Positions 21,000 to 31,219 of a stretch of 64,000 bases of DNA are shown here, one piece after another. The stretch's first letter is position 1; each line of letters starts with the position of its first letter. Origin of the DNA: an uncultured Verrucomicrobiae bacterium (GTDB lineage Bacteria; Verrucomicrobiota; Verrucomicrobiia; Chthoniobacterales; JAFAMB01); NCBI GenBank assembly GCA_963813025.1, contig CAWEXO010000014.1:128001-192000 (forward strand), written 5' to 3'. The notes beneath the pieces were generated by a model. That model saw nothing but the letters and a program-made list of their open reading frames with translations. It ran no database searches and was not told where the DNA came from. The position numbers were made by a program, and so were the translations under genes.

Positions 21000-22085
21000 C
21001 TATAGTCCTTCGTTGTAGAAAACATGCAGCCCGTCTTTACCGGGCGCGACGATATCCAGCCGCCCACTTCCGCGCAGGTCGGCCAGCGCGAATTCAATCC
21101 CGCAGCCCGCCCCTGTTCCGAATTCGCCGTAGCTTACGATTTGTTTCGCAAAGCCTTCACCCGTCCACTTGAAGTAATAAATTCCAAGATTATCGAATTC
21201 CCCCGGATCCCGCCCGCAGTGCGCTCGGTACCGTTTTCCGGTGATCAGTTCATTTTGGCCGTCGCCATCGATGTCCCGCCAATGGAGATCGTGGTATTGC
21301 GAGTTAAACGGATCGATGGGATGTCGCACCCATTGCCGGATGCCGAAAGCATCACGACGCTGCTCCCACCAGCTGAGTCCATAACTGTGTGAATTACCAA
21401 CGATCAGGTCGCTGAGCCCATCGCCGTTGACATCGGCCACGATAATCGGAATGCTCGCGTCCCGTCCGAGATCGAACTCCCGATGTAAAGTCCAGGGACC
21501 GGAAAAAGGTTCCTGTGGCGGTTCCAGCCAACCCCGGTTGAGCACAAAATCTCCCCGACCGTCTCCGTCAATATCGCCAAATCCGAGACCGTGCCCGTGC
21601 GCTTCCGGATAAATCTCGTGGGCAACGAACTTCGCTTCGCCACGGCCTTTTTTGTCGACCAGCAGTTTGTAGGCGACGAGCGGATTATAGGGAGTATTCG
21701 GAACAACTTCGAGCAGACCATCCTGGTCAATATCCCAGGCCCTGGTCGTTTCCACCTTTCCGGTAATCGCGATCAGGTGCTCCGACCAGACTTTGCCTGG
21801 TTCTCCCGGGTTTTTCCTCCACCGTATATTCTGGCCAAACCACCCGCCGGTCACAAAATCCAGGCGACCGTCTCCGTCGACATCGAGCGCAATCGTCGAG
21901 AAATCGTCAAAATATTCGCCGGTCCGCATGACTTCACCGATATAATGCCATTGGTGAAAGTCTGGTCCTTGGTACCAGTAGGCGCCCGAGACGATGTCGA
22001 GCACTCCGTCACCGTCCACATCGAAAACTCCAGCGCTCTCGAAGGCGCGCGCGGCGATCAGTTTTTTGGTAAATTTGAGGGGCAT
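21000..22085 (-). CDS. FG-GAP/VCBS repeat beta-propeller protein
   Basis: Repeated D-x-DGDG-xx-D motifs (DVDGDGVLD, DIDGDGRGD, DVNGDGLSD). Confidence 0.85.
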   Translation of the reverse strand: MPLKFTKKLIAARAFESAGVFDVDGDGVLDIVSGAYWYQGPDFHQWHYIGEVMRTGEYFDDFSTIALDVDGDGRLDFVTGGWFGQNIRWRKNPGEPGKVWSEHLIAITGKVETTRAWDIDQDGLLEVVPNTPYNPLVAYKLLVDKKGRGEAKFVAHEIYPEAHGHGLGFGDIDGDGRGDFVLNRGWLEPPQEPFSGPWTLHREFDLGRDASIPIIVADVNGDGLSDLIVGNSHSYGLSWWEQRRDAFGIRQWVRHPIDPFNSQYHDLHWRDIDGDGQNELITGKRYRAHCGRDPGEFDNLGIYYFKWTGEGFAKQIVSYGEFGTGAGCGIEFALADLRGSGRLDIVAPGKDGLHVFYNEGL

Positions 22086-22279
22086 AAATACAGGTCCTTT
22101 GCCGGATTTAACGTTGGTCAGTGGAAATCTTCGGAGGATCTTTTAAACAAGGTCAGATACTGTTCGGAAATCTCCAGATCAAGCATCGAATCCGGACAAA
22201 TCGTTGCGTAGCTTCTGCTAAATTTCTTCGGCGTTCTGGTTTCCTGGCGCCGTGGCCCTGCGGAGGTGGCCAGCTTGTC

Positions 22280-22384
22280 CGGATCGAGATGTGCTCCAAC
22301 ACCAAGGAGGTCAAGCGGGAGCTTGCCCAGGAGCTTGCCCCAAGAGCTTGCCCTACCGACCTGGGTGTCGAGACAATCTCTTTA
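22280..22384 (-). repeat. REP/MITE-like family A copy with three internal GGCAAGCTC units
   Basis: Reverse complement reads GAGATTGTCTCGAC...AGGTCGGTAGGGCAAGCTCTTGGGGCAAGCTCCTGGGCAAGCTCCCGCTTGACC. Confidence 0.85.
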
Positions 22385-22556
22385 TTGGAGCCGGACGGTG
22401 AACCTCAACTGTTCAGCTCATCCGAAATCCTCGCAGGATCGCTTGCGCAAGGGCCGTAAGACTTTTTCGCGGAGTCACGGCCCTCCAGGACAGACAATCT
22501 GACGTGAGCCTACGCGATCGGCGGGACTGCGCTGGCGAGATGCCGATATTGTTTGG

Positions 22557-23024
22557 TCATTGAGCTGTGGTGGTGTTTGCTGAGGACGCTCGAGCGGCGC
22601 GCGCTGCGCGCAATTTGGCGAGGCGTTCTGCCTTGAGTGAAGCCAGTTTTTGCCGTTGCTCATCAGTCAACAGCGCATCCAGATCACCGTCGTACTGTTT
22701 ACGTAAGGCCGCCAGCTTCTGCCGTCTCTCTTTGGGTTGCAGAGATGCATCCTGACGAACCGCGTTCACGCTATCGACGTAGGTGCTGATCAGGGGCGTT
22801 GCTTTGGTTTCCTGGTCCGCCGTTAAGTCGATGGTCTTTTTTAGGCGGGTCAACTTCGCCCGCTTACTCGCCTCCGGGCTGCGCCGTCGCGCTTGTTGGT
22901 TCACCGCGGCGGAGGATAGCGCAACCAACTGGGTTGACGAATCGTTTATTGCTTGGGCACGCGCACCGGACAAGCCGCTCAGAAGGGCTAGTAATACTAC
23001 ACAATATATAGATGTTGGATTCAT
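22557..23024 (-). CDS. Secreted helical hypothetical protein (LTxxQ/Spy-like)
   Basis: Signal peptide; LTADQ and LLTDEQRQK motifs. Start placed at MNPTSIY. Confidence 0.6.
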   Translation of the reverse strand: MNPTSIYCVVLLALLSGLSGARAQAINDSSTQLVALSSAAVNQQARRRSPEASKRAKLTRLKKTIDLTADQETKATPLISTYVDSVNAVRQDASLQPKERRQKLAALRKQYDGDLDALLTDEQRQKLASLKAERLAKLRAARAARASSANTTTAQ

Positions 23025-23118
23025 AATCGCGCGAGATGAAAACATAAAATATATAAGTTGTAAACTATTTTTTTGCCGCTTTTTTAACCACGGCGGATGT
23101 CGACGTCCAGCGTGTTTT

Positions 23119-23244
23119 GGAGTGCGCGCTTCCTCCTTCGCCCTCGCGACTCGGGCTATGGCGAGGCACGCTTGTCGCCGCCTTCTGACCGCGCGGCCAG
23201 CCCGCCGTAGCTGAGTCGCGAGAGCGAAGGAGGAAGCGCGACTC
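23119..23244. repeat. GGAG-type REP-like long hairpin (family C); related copy at about 27400-27467
   Basis: GCGCGCTTCCTCCTTCGCCCTCGCGACTC...GAGTCGCGAGAGCGAAGGAGGAAGCGCG. Confidence 0.7.
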
Positions 23245-23743
23245 GCCAACTAAGCGGGTCTTTTCATCAGGGAGCTCCGCACCTAGTCCGACTTTTCCTC
23301 AAAAATCTTGTTTTCCCTGCGAAAGATTTCGGAGAGGACGAAGACATGCCCCGGAGGGGCGAATTGAAAATAGGCCGGCAATTCATTGCCGGTTATGCCA
23401 AGCCACAACGTTGCGTCCTGGAGGGTCGCGCGAAATTCTGATGTTGAACTTCACGCAAGTTCCCGAGGTTTTCCCCTCGGGTGAGGCGCACGGCCTCGTT
23501 GCGTCACCTCCTGGGATACGGACGAGGCCGTCCGCGCTACGCAAGCGCGTTCACTTCAACCTGGTGGCAGTCGGATATGTTCGAGTCCGAGGACGATTCG
23601 GTTGCGGCTACGCCGCGCTGTGCGCTTCGGTTGAAACTCTTCGGTGTTCTCGTTTCCCGCCGATGACGTCGAAGATCTCAAGGTTGCGGGTCAGAGTACT
23701 CCAGGGTAACCTTTGCCTTTTTTCCGGCTTAAAGGATCTGTCA

Positions 23744-24955
23744 GTGAAACACACAATCGCGACCGCTGCCCCGGAGAACACCGCGGATCGGCTAACCTGG
23801 ACTGCCCAGAGCTCGGCCGGTTCGATCGAGGTGGCAAAGGTGGTGCCGGAAAAGGATCGGGCAATCTGGAGCGCCAGTTTTCAAAAGTATGCGGCTGATC
23901 ATCGGTATTATGACCTGATTAGCCAAACGCTGGCCGATCAGTTCGATCACCGGTTTTTGCTGCTCGGGGATCACGACGGCTCAACCCGGGCCGTCCAACC
24001 AGTCTTTCTCGTCAGCCAGGATCTTTTAATCGGTCTGCCGAACCCGGTCCGTCGCATGGTCGCCAAAATTCGCAGCCGGTTTCCGTCTTTCTTGAAATGT
24101 CGGATGTTAATGATTGGCAACTCCGCCGGAGAAGGCGATTTAGCGTTAGATGCGAGAACCGGAGACCCGGCTTGGACGGCACTCGTTTTGAAAGAAAACT
24201 TGACGCTGATCGCCCGAAAGCTTGGGGCTGCCTTGATCGTCTTCAAAGACTTTCCGCAAAGCTATCGCTCCATCTTGGACGACTTGCGCACAGCCGGATT
24301 TACCCGTATTCCCAGCATGCCGGCTACCAGCCTCCAATTAGATTTCGGAACGTTTGACGAGTACCTGCATCATTACTTAAGCCATGCGATGCGCAAGAAT
24401 CTGCGACGAAAATTTCGCAAAGCCGAACAAGGCCTGACGCTCACCTTCGAGGCATTGACCGATGTTTCGCCTTATGTCGACGACCTTTTGGCTCTGTATT
24501 CCGCAGTTTTCCAACGCTCAAAGCTTCATTTTGAAAAGCTGAATGCCGCGTATCTCTCTGGTTTAGGTAAAAGCATGCCGGATCGGGCGCGCTTTTTTCT
24601 CTGGCGGCACAACGGTCGGATCATCGCGTTTGCCTCCTGTCTCGTGAGTGACGGGGTGCTGAAAGATAACTACATCGGCCTCGATTACTCACTGGCCTTG
24701 GAATATCACCTTTATTTCCTGACTTGGCGGGACACGATTTCCTGGGCGGTGCAGAACGGTTGCCGCATCTATCACAGTGCACCGCTCAACTACGATCCCA
24801 AACTGCATTTCCGGATGAAGCTTGATCCCCTGGATCTTTACGTGAGGGCGGCCTGGGATTGGCTCAATCCGTTGTTGCGGCGTTTGCTGCCGCTGATGGA
24901 ACCGACCCGCTACGATCATTCGATCCAGCAGTTTCCGAACAGAGGTGAGTTGTAA
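23744..24955 (+). CDS. GNAT/FemAB-like N-acyltransferase
   Basis: FDEYL...MRKNLRRK, YIGLDY, YDPKLH pattern of the GNAT_6-like family. Start uncertain (GTG 23744). Confidence 0.7.
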   Translation: MKHTIATAAPENTADRLTWTAQSSAGSIEVAKVVPEKDRAIWSASFQKYAADHRYYDLISQTLADQFDHRFLLLGDHDGSTRAVQPVFLVSQDLLIGLPNPVRRMVAKIRSRFPSFLKCRMLMIGNSAGEGDLALDARTGDPAWTALVLKENLTLIARKLGAALIVFKDFPQSYRSILDDLRTAGFTRIPSMPATSLQLDFGTFDEYLHHYLSHAMRKNLRRKFRKAEQGLTLTFEALTDVSPYVDDLLALYSAVFQRSKLHFEKLNAAYLSGLGKSMPDRARFFLWRHNGRIIAFASCLVSDGVLKDNYIGLDYSLALEYHLYFLTWRDTISWAVQNGCRIYHSAPLNYDPKLHFRMKLDPLDLYVRAAWDWLNPLLRRLLPLMEPTRYDHSIQQFPNRGEL

Positions 24956-25021
24956 GGATTCACGTTTTGAGTTTCGCGATCCTCTCCGTGACGCGGTCGG
25001 ACCTGTTCCGCTAGGCGAAAA

Positions 25022-25088
25022 TTCAGAGATTGTCTCGCAGTACCCAAGGTCGGTAGGGGCAAGCTCCGGGCAAGCTCCTGCTTGACCC
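25022..25088 (+). repeat. REP/MITE-like family A copy
   Basis: TTCAGAGATTGTCTCGCAG...AAGGTCGGTAGGGGCAAGCTCCGGGCAAGCTCCTGCTTGACC. Confidence 0.85.
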
Positions 25089-25150
25089 ACGTACGTTGCA
25101 AAAGCGATGGCTGCGCGTGATTCGCTGAGGTAGTTTAGTCGGGAAATTCT

Positions 25151-26173
25151 GTGCCTTTCCCCTCTGACAAAACAGCTTCTACCCAGGCGAACGAAAAGCC
25201 GTCCGTTGATGACCCGTCCCCCGATGTGGTCACCATTGGCGAAGCCTTGCTGCGCTTTTCGGCGCCGCTTGGTTCCTTGATCGCCGACGCTCCAACATTT
25301 TCGGTCCATGTTGCAGGAACGGAGTTGAATGTGGCCGCGGCAGTGGCGCGGATGGGCTACCACGCGGCATGGCTGTCGCTCTTACCCGCAACTTCGCTGG
25401 GCCGGCGAGTTGCTGAGCATGCCCGGCTCTCCGGCGTCGATGACCATTTCGTCAAGTGGGCGCCGGAAGGCCGGCTTGGCACTTATTTCTTTGAACCGGG
25501 GACCAGCCCGCGGTCAGCTCGAGTGATTTATGATCGGGCCAATTCAACTGCGACAACGATGGAATTTGGCCAATTCGATTGGCCCCGGCTGACGCGCGCC
25601 CGCTTCCTGCACCTGACCGGTATCACCGTTGGAATTTCCCGGCAGGGTGCCGAATTGGTCAGGCGCGCGATCGAATGGGCCCGAAACGAGGGGATCCACG
25701 TTGTCTTCGATGTCAATTATCGTGCTCTGCTGTGGAATCCGCAGCTTTGTCGCAGGCAGCTCGAGCCGCTTTTGGCAAACATCGATGTCCTCCTCACGAG
25801 TTCGCGAGACGCCGAAATCGTTTTCGGTTTGGAAGGACCGCCGGAAAAGATCCTGCAGAAACTGTTGGAAATTTGCGGCTGTAAAATGGCGGCGCTCACC
25901 ACCGGGGCGGCCGGTGCGGTGGGCTGGTCCGGTCAGGAATACCTTTTCGTGCCGGGCTATTCCGTAGAAATGGTCAACCGAGTAGGGGCGGGCGACAGCT
26001 TTGCGGCCGGTATTCTCTTTGGATTGCTTGAAGGCGACTTTCATCGGGGTATTCGCTATGGAGTAGCGATGAGCGCTTTGACCCTGACGTTGGCCGGCGA
26101 CACCTTCGCGTTTACCCGCCAGGAAGTCGATGACCTGCTTGAATTCGGTCCGGGAGCGACCATCGTTCGCTAA
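25151..26173 (+). CDS. kdgK: PfkB-family sugar kinase, probable 2-keto-3-deoxygluconate kinase
   Basis: AGTELNVA, YDRANS, FDVNYRALLW, RVGAGDSFAAG; adjacent to eda. Confidence 0.75.
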   Translation: MPFPSDKTASTQANEKPSVDDPSPDVVTIGEALLRFSAPLGSLIADAPTFSVHVAGTELNVAAAVARMGYHAAWLSLLPATSLGRRVAEHARLSGVDDHFVKWAPEGRLGTYFFEPGTSPRSARVIYDRANSTATTMEFGQFDWPRLTRARFLHLTGITVGISRQGAELVRRAIEWARNEGIHVVFDVNYRALLWNPQLCRRQLEPLLANIDVLLTSSRDAEIVFGLEGPPEKILQKLLEICGCKMAALTTGAAGAVGWSGQEYLFVPGYSVEMVNRVGAGDSFAAGILFGLLEGDFHRGIRYGVAMSALTLTLAGDTFAFTRQEVDDLLEFGPGATIVR

Positions 26174-26180
26174 GACAACA

Positions 26181-26822
26181 ATGGAAACGATCAGAGAACG
26201 CCTCTTTCAGGCTCGCATCGTGGCAATTGTTCGAGGTGATTACTCGACGGCTGAGATTGACACTATTGTCATCAGCCTGGTCGAAGGAGGGATCAAAGCC
26301 CTCGAGATTACCGCGAACTCGGCGGACTGGCAGCGGCATCTTCAGACAATTGGCAGTTCCTACGGCAAGGAAATTCTACTCGGCGCTGGAACGATCCTCG
26401 ATCTCGAAGAAGCTGCGGCGGCTGAAGCGGCCGGAGCCAAGTTCATTATCTCGCCGCATTTCGATGCGGAGTTGGTTCGTTGGAGTGTGGCTCACGGCCT
26501 TGAACCCATCCCGGGCGTGGTGACACCAACCGAAATCGTAAGCGCTCTTCGACAGGGCGCAGAAATCGTAAAGCTCTTTCCGGCATCTCACTTCGGGGCT
26601 GGCTATGTGCGGGCGCTGCGGGCACCGCTCAACCAGGCGGAATTCATGGTGACGGGCGGCGTTGACGCGACAAACATTCGGAGCTTCTTCGAGGCTGGCG
26701 CACGCATGGCCGGAATCGGTGGTAACCTCGTGCCGAAGCAGGTTTCTCCCGGGAAAGGCCCGGATGAACGGATCTTGCGGACCGCTCGACAGCTTTTAGC
26801 CTGCATCGATCCCAAATCTTAG
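26181..26822 (+). CDS. eda: KDPG/KHG aldolase
   Basis: AIVRG, LEIT, GAGTIL, PGVVTPTE, VKLFPA, TGGV. Confidence 0.85.
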   Translation: METIRERLFQARIVAIVRGDYSTAEIDTIVISLVEGGIKALEITANSADWQRHLQTIGSSYGKEILLGAGTILDLEEAAAAEAAGAKFIISPHFDAELVRWSVAHGLEPIPGVVTPTEIVSALRQGAEIVKLFPASHFGAGYVRALRAPLNQAEFMVTGGVDATNIRSFFEAGARMAGIGGNLVPKQVSPGKGPDERILRTARQLLACIDPKS

Positions 26823-27063
26823 CGATTCGGGATCGATGCAGGCTCGCAATGGAGTTCACGCGGGCCATCCCTGACCGGACTGCGGCAGCGGTGTTTGCTG
26901 CAACCTTTCCGCAAGAGGAAACAGCCGGCGTGGAGCAGTGGAACGCAAATGGCGGAGCGTTTTCTGGTCGAGGGCTCAGCACTAATTGGCTGCGAGATGT
27001 TGCCAAAGCTGATCGCCCCAGTCGCCCTGAAGCGATAACCCTGCCCAGACGAAGATTTTGGCA

Positions 27064-27261
27064 CTAACCGCCCTTGTGTGCCTGAGTGTCCGGGCAGTTT
27101 TCGGTTACTCGCTGATCCGCACGGGCAGGCATCTGTTCAGCGAAAGCCGGGTCTTCCGGTGTGAGCGGTTGCGGCTCACCGTAGGTAAGGGGCGTTTTCC
27201 TCCGCTTTGCCTTCTCGAGCTTTGAGTCCGGCACCGGTTCCTGGGAAGAATCAGAGCTCAT
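27064..27261 (-). CDS. Small hypothetical protein
   Basis: 65-aa ORF with an ATG start; no recognisable motif. Confidence 0.3.
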   Translation of the reverse strand: MSSDSSQEPVPDSKLEKAKRRKTPLTYGEPQPLTPEDPAFAEQMPARADQRVTENCPDTQAHKGG

Positions 27262-27562
27262 CTATCAACGATATAACAAAGCATCATTTGGCGACTCTCG
27301 CACCAAAATTCATCATGACTTCGGTCGGTCTGCGGCCGTCTGCACGTCCCTCAAACGGATCCTGGCGAGCAGGTTTGGATCCTCTCCAAGCCGATCCGAA
27401 AGCGGCGACAAGGCCGGCCGCGCCGTAGGCGAGCGCAGCGAAGGGAAGGAGGGTCGCACGGCTCCACGACCACTGCGACCAAACTATTTGCACCGCAACG
27501 CAAACGCGTTGTGCGACACGCTCCTTGTTTAAGGCAGAACTCGGGGCAGACCACGCACTCCA

Positions 27563-27637
27563 GGCGGCTCAAACAAGTTCTCGCTAAAGCTCGAATGAAT
27601 TTTCGCCCTACCGGCAGAGGGCGGCGAGACACTCTCT
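27563..27637. repeat. Family B half copy carrying an intact IS110 target
   Basis: GGCTCAAACAAGTTCTCGC...GCTCGAATGAATTTTCGCCCTACCGG...GCGAGACACTCTC. Confidence 0.8.
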
Positions 27638-27699
27638 GGCCTCTCGTCCAACCCATCCCTCCATTCCGCGTCCTACAGGTTCGCAAAGTCCGACAGGTC

Positions 27700-28659
27700 C
27701 TATTCGGTGATCGCTCCGCCGCAGCTGGATCCGGTTCCGGCGGTACAACCGAAACAATGCGAGCCAGTGGCAATCTCTCTTCCGGCCAAGCTATCCACCT
27801 TGAGATCCCAGAGATATAACGGGCAATTCCCGGACAGCGGAAGCTTCAGCATTTGATTAAAGTCGCAGTCGTGAACTTCCCCGGTCCAACTGACGCTAAT
27901 GGTATTGCGACACATCAAACCTTCGACGGTTGCGGGATTAAAGGAAGAGACCAGCAAGTCGAGGTACTCCTGGTATTTACCCTGGTGTCGCAACCAGCTC
28001 GCAAAACGTGCAATCGGTAAATTTGTGATCGTATAAAGATTATTGAAAACGATTCCAAAATGTGTCGCTAGCTCACGCTTGTAGTCGGCCTCCAATTCTC
28101 GCTGTGGCCCTGGCAGAAAATCGCCGTTCGGATTATAGACGAGGTGCAGGGGCAGGGTCGGACGCCGGCCATATCCAAGTTGGTTGAGCAGTTGCAAGGC
28201 GGTGATGCTCGCGTCGAAGACACCTTCTCCGCGCTGTTCATTGACATTCTTGGGCTGGTAGCACGGCATGGAAGCAATCACCTCGACTTGATTTTCGGCG
28301 AGAAATTCAGCCGTGCCTTCGAAGCGGGGATCCAGAAGGATGCTCAGGTTGCAGCGATCGATCATCCGACGCCAATCTTCCAACGACCGCACCCGCTCGA
28401 CGAGGTACCGAAAATGCGGGATCATCTCGGGGGCGCCTCCAGTGATATCAACGGTCGGCAGGTCGGTCTCCGCCAGCCAATCGATAATCCGATCGATCGT
28501 CTCCCGGTTCATGATCTCTTTGCGTTTTGGACCGGCGTTTACGTGACAATGAATGCAGGTGAGGTCACAGAGTTTACCCACGTTGATTTGCAAGATCTGG
28601 GGCTGGGTTCGCCGCAAAGACAGTCCGTGCTTCGCCAGAGTGTAACGGAAACGATTCAT
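27700..28659 (-). CDS. Radical SAM protein, ArsS/DUF3641 family
   Basis: CDLTCIHCH (CxxxCxxC), DITGGAPE, LMCRNTISV, DCDFNQML, HCFGCTAGTGSSCGG. Confidence 0.85.
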   Translation of the reverse strand: MNRFRYTLAKHGLSLRRTQPQILQINVGKLCDLTCIHCHVNAGPKRKEIMNRETIDRIIDWLAETDLPTVDITGGAPEMIPHFRYLVERVRSLEDWRRMIDRCNLSILLDPRFEGTAEFLAENQVEVIASMPCYQPKNVNEQRGEGVFDASITALQLLNQLGYGRRPTLPLHLVYNPNGDFLPGPQRELEADYKRELATHFGIVFNNLYTITNLPIARFASWLRHQGKYQEYLDLLVSSFNPATVEGLMCRNTISVSWTGEVHDCDFNQMLKLPLSGNCPLYLWDLKVDSLAGREIATGSHCFGCTAGTGSSCGGAITE

Positions 28660-28666
28660 CGGCGCG

Positions 28667-29065
28667 TTACGATGCCGAATCGTCTTGGTCCGAAGGGCGC
28701 GCAATGTTGAGAGGACGCATTCCCGTGGTCGTATCAAGAAGACAAAGCCGTGTGCCGAATGGATCTCTTATTACGGCACATTTCCCCACCGTAATGTCGA
28801 AAGGGGGAACGAGTACTTGGCACCCTTGTGCTGCATATTGTGAAATGGCAGAGACAACATCATCGACCAGGTAATAGACTTCGACTGACGAGGGAATATT
28901 TGGGTCACAGTGAAGTACAATTTCAGCGTCGCTCTCCGGAAAGACGAGACCTATCGAACTATCTCCGCTCCACTGGGGATGCAGACCGAAGACCGTTGCA
29001 TAGTATGCCGCAGCCGCGGTAACTTCCTCCACACGGATCATGATACAGTCAATCTTTCGCAACAT
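28667..29065 (-). CDS. VOC/glyoxalase family protein
   Basis: YLVDDV...PFDITVGKCAVIRDPFGT pattern. Confidence 0.8.
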   Translation of the reverse strand: MLRKIDCIMIRVEEVTAAAAYYATVFGLHPQWSGDSSIGLVFPESDAEIVLHCDPNIPSSVEVYYLVDDVVSAISQYAAQGCQVLVPPFDITVGKCAVIRDPFGTRLCLLDTTTGMRPLNIARPSDQDDSAS

Positions 29066-29357
29066 TTTCGTTCCTTATAAGCTATCTTCTCCTGTCTGCC
29101 TAGCGCGGATCCCAGAGCAAGCGTCGAGGCTCTCCGCCGTTTTAGTTGTCAGATTTGTGCAGGATAAAGAGGGGAGTTCTGATCGATGGCTGATACCCAT
29201 GTGGTTAGCCAGGCAGACACCGTCATTCAATACCAACGGACCCACAAGGGCATGAGGTGGACTGTGGCTCCGCTTAATGCTGAGCTGTGGCGATGCTCAG
29301 ACACTTGCACTCAGCCGCTCAGACCGCTCAAGCCGCTCAGACCGGTCAGCCCGGTGT

Positions 29358-29615
29358 CTATGCGCTGAATCGTCCGTCAATCATCAAGTTCGCACCGGTG
29401 ACGTAAGCGGCTTCGGGTCCCGCGAGATAGGCCACCATCCCGGCGATCTCTTCGACGGTGCCATAGCGCGGCAGGGCAGTTACCTTCTTGAGCATCTCGG
29501 CAAACTCCCCGTTGTCGGGATTCAATTCCGTATTTACCGGCCCTGGTTGCACATTATTGATCGTGATTCCGCGGGACCCCAGGTCGCGTGCAAGCCCTTG
29601 CACCACCCCTGCAGC
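29358..29615 (-). pseudogene. C-terminal remnant of an SDR oxidoreductase; 5' part replaced by a family B repeat
   Basis: GLARDLGSRGITINNVQPGPVNTELNP...YVTGANLMIDG; no Rossmann N-terminus. Confidence 0.75.
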
Positions 29616-29654
29616 GCGGATTTGCTCATCGCATAGACGCCGCCGCCGGCGAAG

Positions 29655-29779
29655 ACTCGTTCGAGCCGGACGATGGAGTTGCCATAGCCAAGACGGCTCA
29701 AACAAGTTCTCGCTGACGCTCGAATGAATTTTCGCCCTGCCGAAGCAGGCCAAGGCCATGTTGCGAGACAATCTCTTAA
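29655..29779. repeat. Family B copy with a TTGCGAGACAATCTC end
   Basis: CTCGTTCGAGCCGG...GGCTCAAACAAGTTCTCGC...TTTTCGCCCTGCCG...TTGCGAGACAATCTCTTAA. Confidence 0.8.
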
Positions 29780-29837
29780 GCTTGGCCATCGACCGCATGT
29801 GTTGAGTCTAATGTTCCGCTTTTCAACAAAGTTTAGC

Positions 29838-29864
29838 TGTCACATCAGAAGGATTTGATCCGTC
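29838..29864 (+). promoter_or_regulatory. ECF41 (SigJ)-type promoter
   Basis: TGTCACA-N16-CGTC directly upstream of an AhpD/CMD gene, the canonical ECF41 arrangement. Confidence 0.75.
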
Positions 29865-29913
29865 ATTACTGTGACGAAACATTGGTGTGATGTAACCGAC
29901 GAGGAGAGATTCT

Positions 29914-30534
29914 ATGAATAGCACAGCGACCGTAACAGGAGGAACGGATGCAGGTACATTTCTTCCTCCGATCGAGAAACCCAAAGGGCTCATGATGAAA
30001 TTGGCGTATTACTTCACGCGCCAACAATTCGGCAAGGTACTTACACCTCTGAAAGTGCATTCCGCGCGGCTGCCCTCCGCGTTTGGCATGTTCTATTCAA
30101 AGGTAGCGCAGCTGGACAAAAAACTGATGCTGCCAGCGGAGACGGCAATGCTTATTCGGGAACAGGTAGCCCGGATCAATGTTTGTCTATTCTGTATGGA
30201 TATTGGTCGGGCGTTCACGATCAAAGCATCGATGAATCAGGCGAAATTCGACGCGCTGGAGCAATACGGCACAAGCCCTCTTTTCAACGAGGCGGAACGC
30301 GCGGCGCTCGATTATGTGACGCGGCTGACAAAGGACAAAAAGGTGGATCCAGAAACGTTTACTCGCATGGCTCGCTACTATTCCGAACGGGAGATCTGCG
30401 AGATCGTCTGGCTGGTCGCCAGCGAACACCTTTACAATATGACCAATATCGGACTGAACATCCATTCCGACATGCTTTGTGACATTACGAAAAGAGCTGG
30501 TAACGGCAGTCGAAAGATGTCCGGCAACCACTGA
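29914..30534 (+). CDS. Carboxymuconolactone decarboxylase/AhpD-like protein
   Basis: VARINVCLFCMD (CxxC), FNEAERAALDY, YSEREI. Confidence 0.85.
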   Translation: MNSTATVTGGTDAGTFLPPIEKPKGLMMKLAYYFTRQQFGKVLTPLKVHSARLPSAFGMFYSKVAQLDKKLMLPAETAMLIREQVARINVCLFCMDIGRAFTIKASMNQAKFDALEQYGTSPLFNEAERAALDYVTRLTKDKKVDPETFTRMARYYSEREICEIVWLVASEHLYNMTNIGLNIHSDMLCDITKRAGNGSRKMSGNH

Positions 30535-30555
30535 AAGGTTATAGAATCGGCATCC

Positions 30556-30955
30556 TTGCCGCTCACCGAACTTGAAACCCTGGCTCCCGCCGAACGGGTT
30601 GCGTTCGTGCTCTACGACATGTTCGAAATACCCTTCGAGGAGATTGCCTCCATTGTGGGGCGCTCTCCAGCGGCAACAAGGAAACTGGCGAGTCGAGCGC
30701 GGCGCCGGGTACGGGGAAAGGCAATGGTTTCCGGAGATTCGTGGTGCTGCCGCGATAGCTAAGGCGGTCGAATGGCGTGCGACGAGCGCCGGACCTGCTT
30801 TGGTGAATGGCGCCGTTGGAATTGTTGTGGCTCCGCGCGGACGACTCCTGCTGGCGCTCTGCCTCAAGATGAAGGGCGAAAAAATTGTCGAGATCGAGGT
30901 GATCGGCGAGCCCGAGCGCTTGCGCCAGCTCGATCTGGCTGTGCTCGATGACTGA
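30556..30955 (+). pseudogene. Truncated ECF41/SigJ sigma factor (sigma4 plus SnoaL-like tail; sigma2 missing)
   Basis: LAPAERVAFVLYDMFEIPFEEIA...RKLASRARRRVR, then in another frame ALVNGAVGIV...IVEIEVIGEPERL. Confidence 0.8.
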
Positions 30956-31024
30956 TGAACCGAGTCCGCGAAGTTTTCAGTTGCACTCCTTTCCGAACGC
31001 ACGCATTAGTACAATTCTTCGAAA

Positions 31025-31101
<77 letters not shown>

Positions 31102-31219
31102 CTCTTAGCTCTCCTCGTACCGAGGGGGTACTCGCTGGACGGCTACTTGCGAGTGTTTGCGGCATCAGCTAAATGCAGGGAAATAACCCTGAAATGCCCG
31201 ATTTTTCGGTCGTCACCCC

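Noticed and set aside
27700..27730. Selenocysteine in the C-terminal motif of the ArsS-like protein
   Set aside because: The motif encodes Cys (GSSCGG) with no in-frame TGA. An arsenosugar function is also unsupported because no arsM or partner genes are nearby.
29311..29352. Short tandem (CCGCTCA-containing) repeat as a CRISPR array
   Set aside because: About 9-nt units with no spacers and no cas genes; a simple minisatellite.
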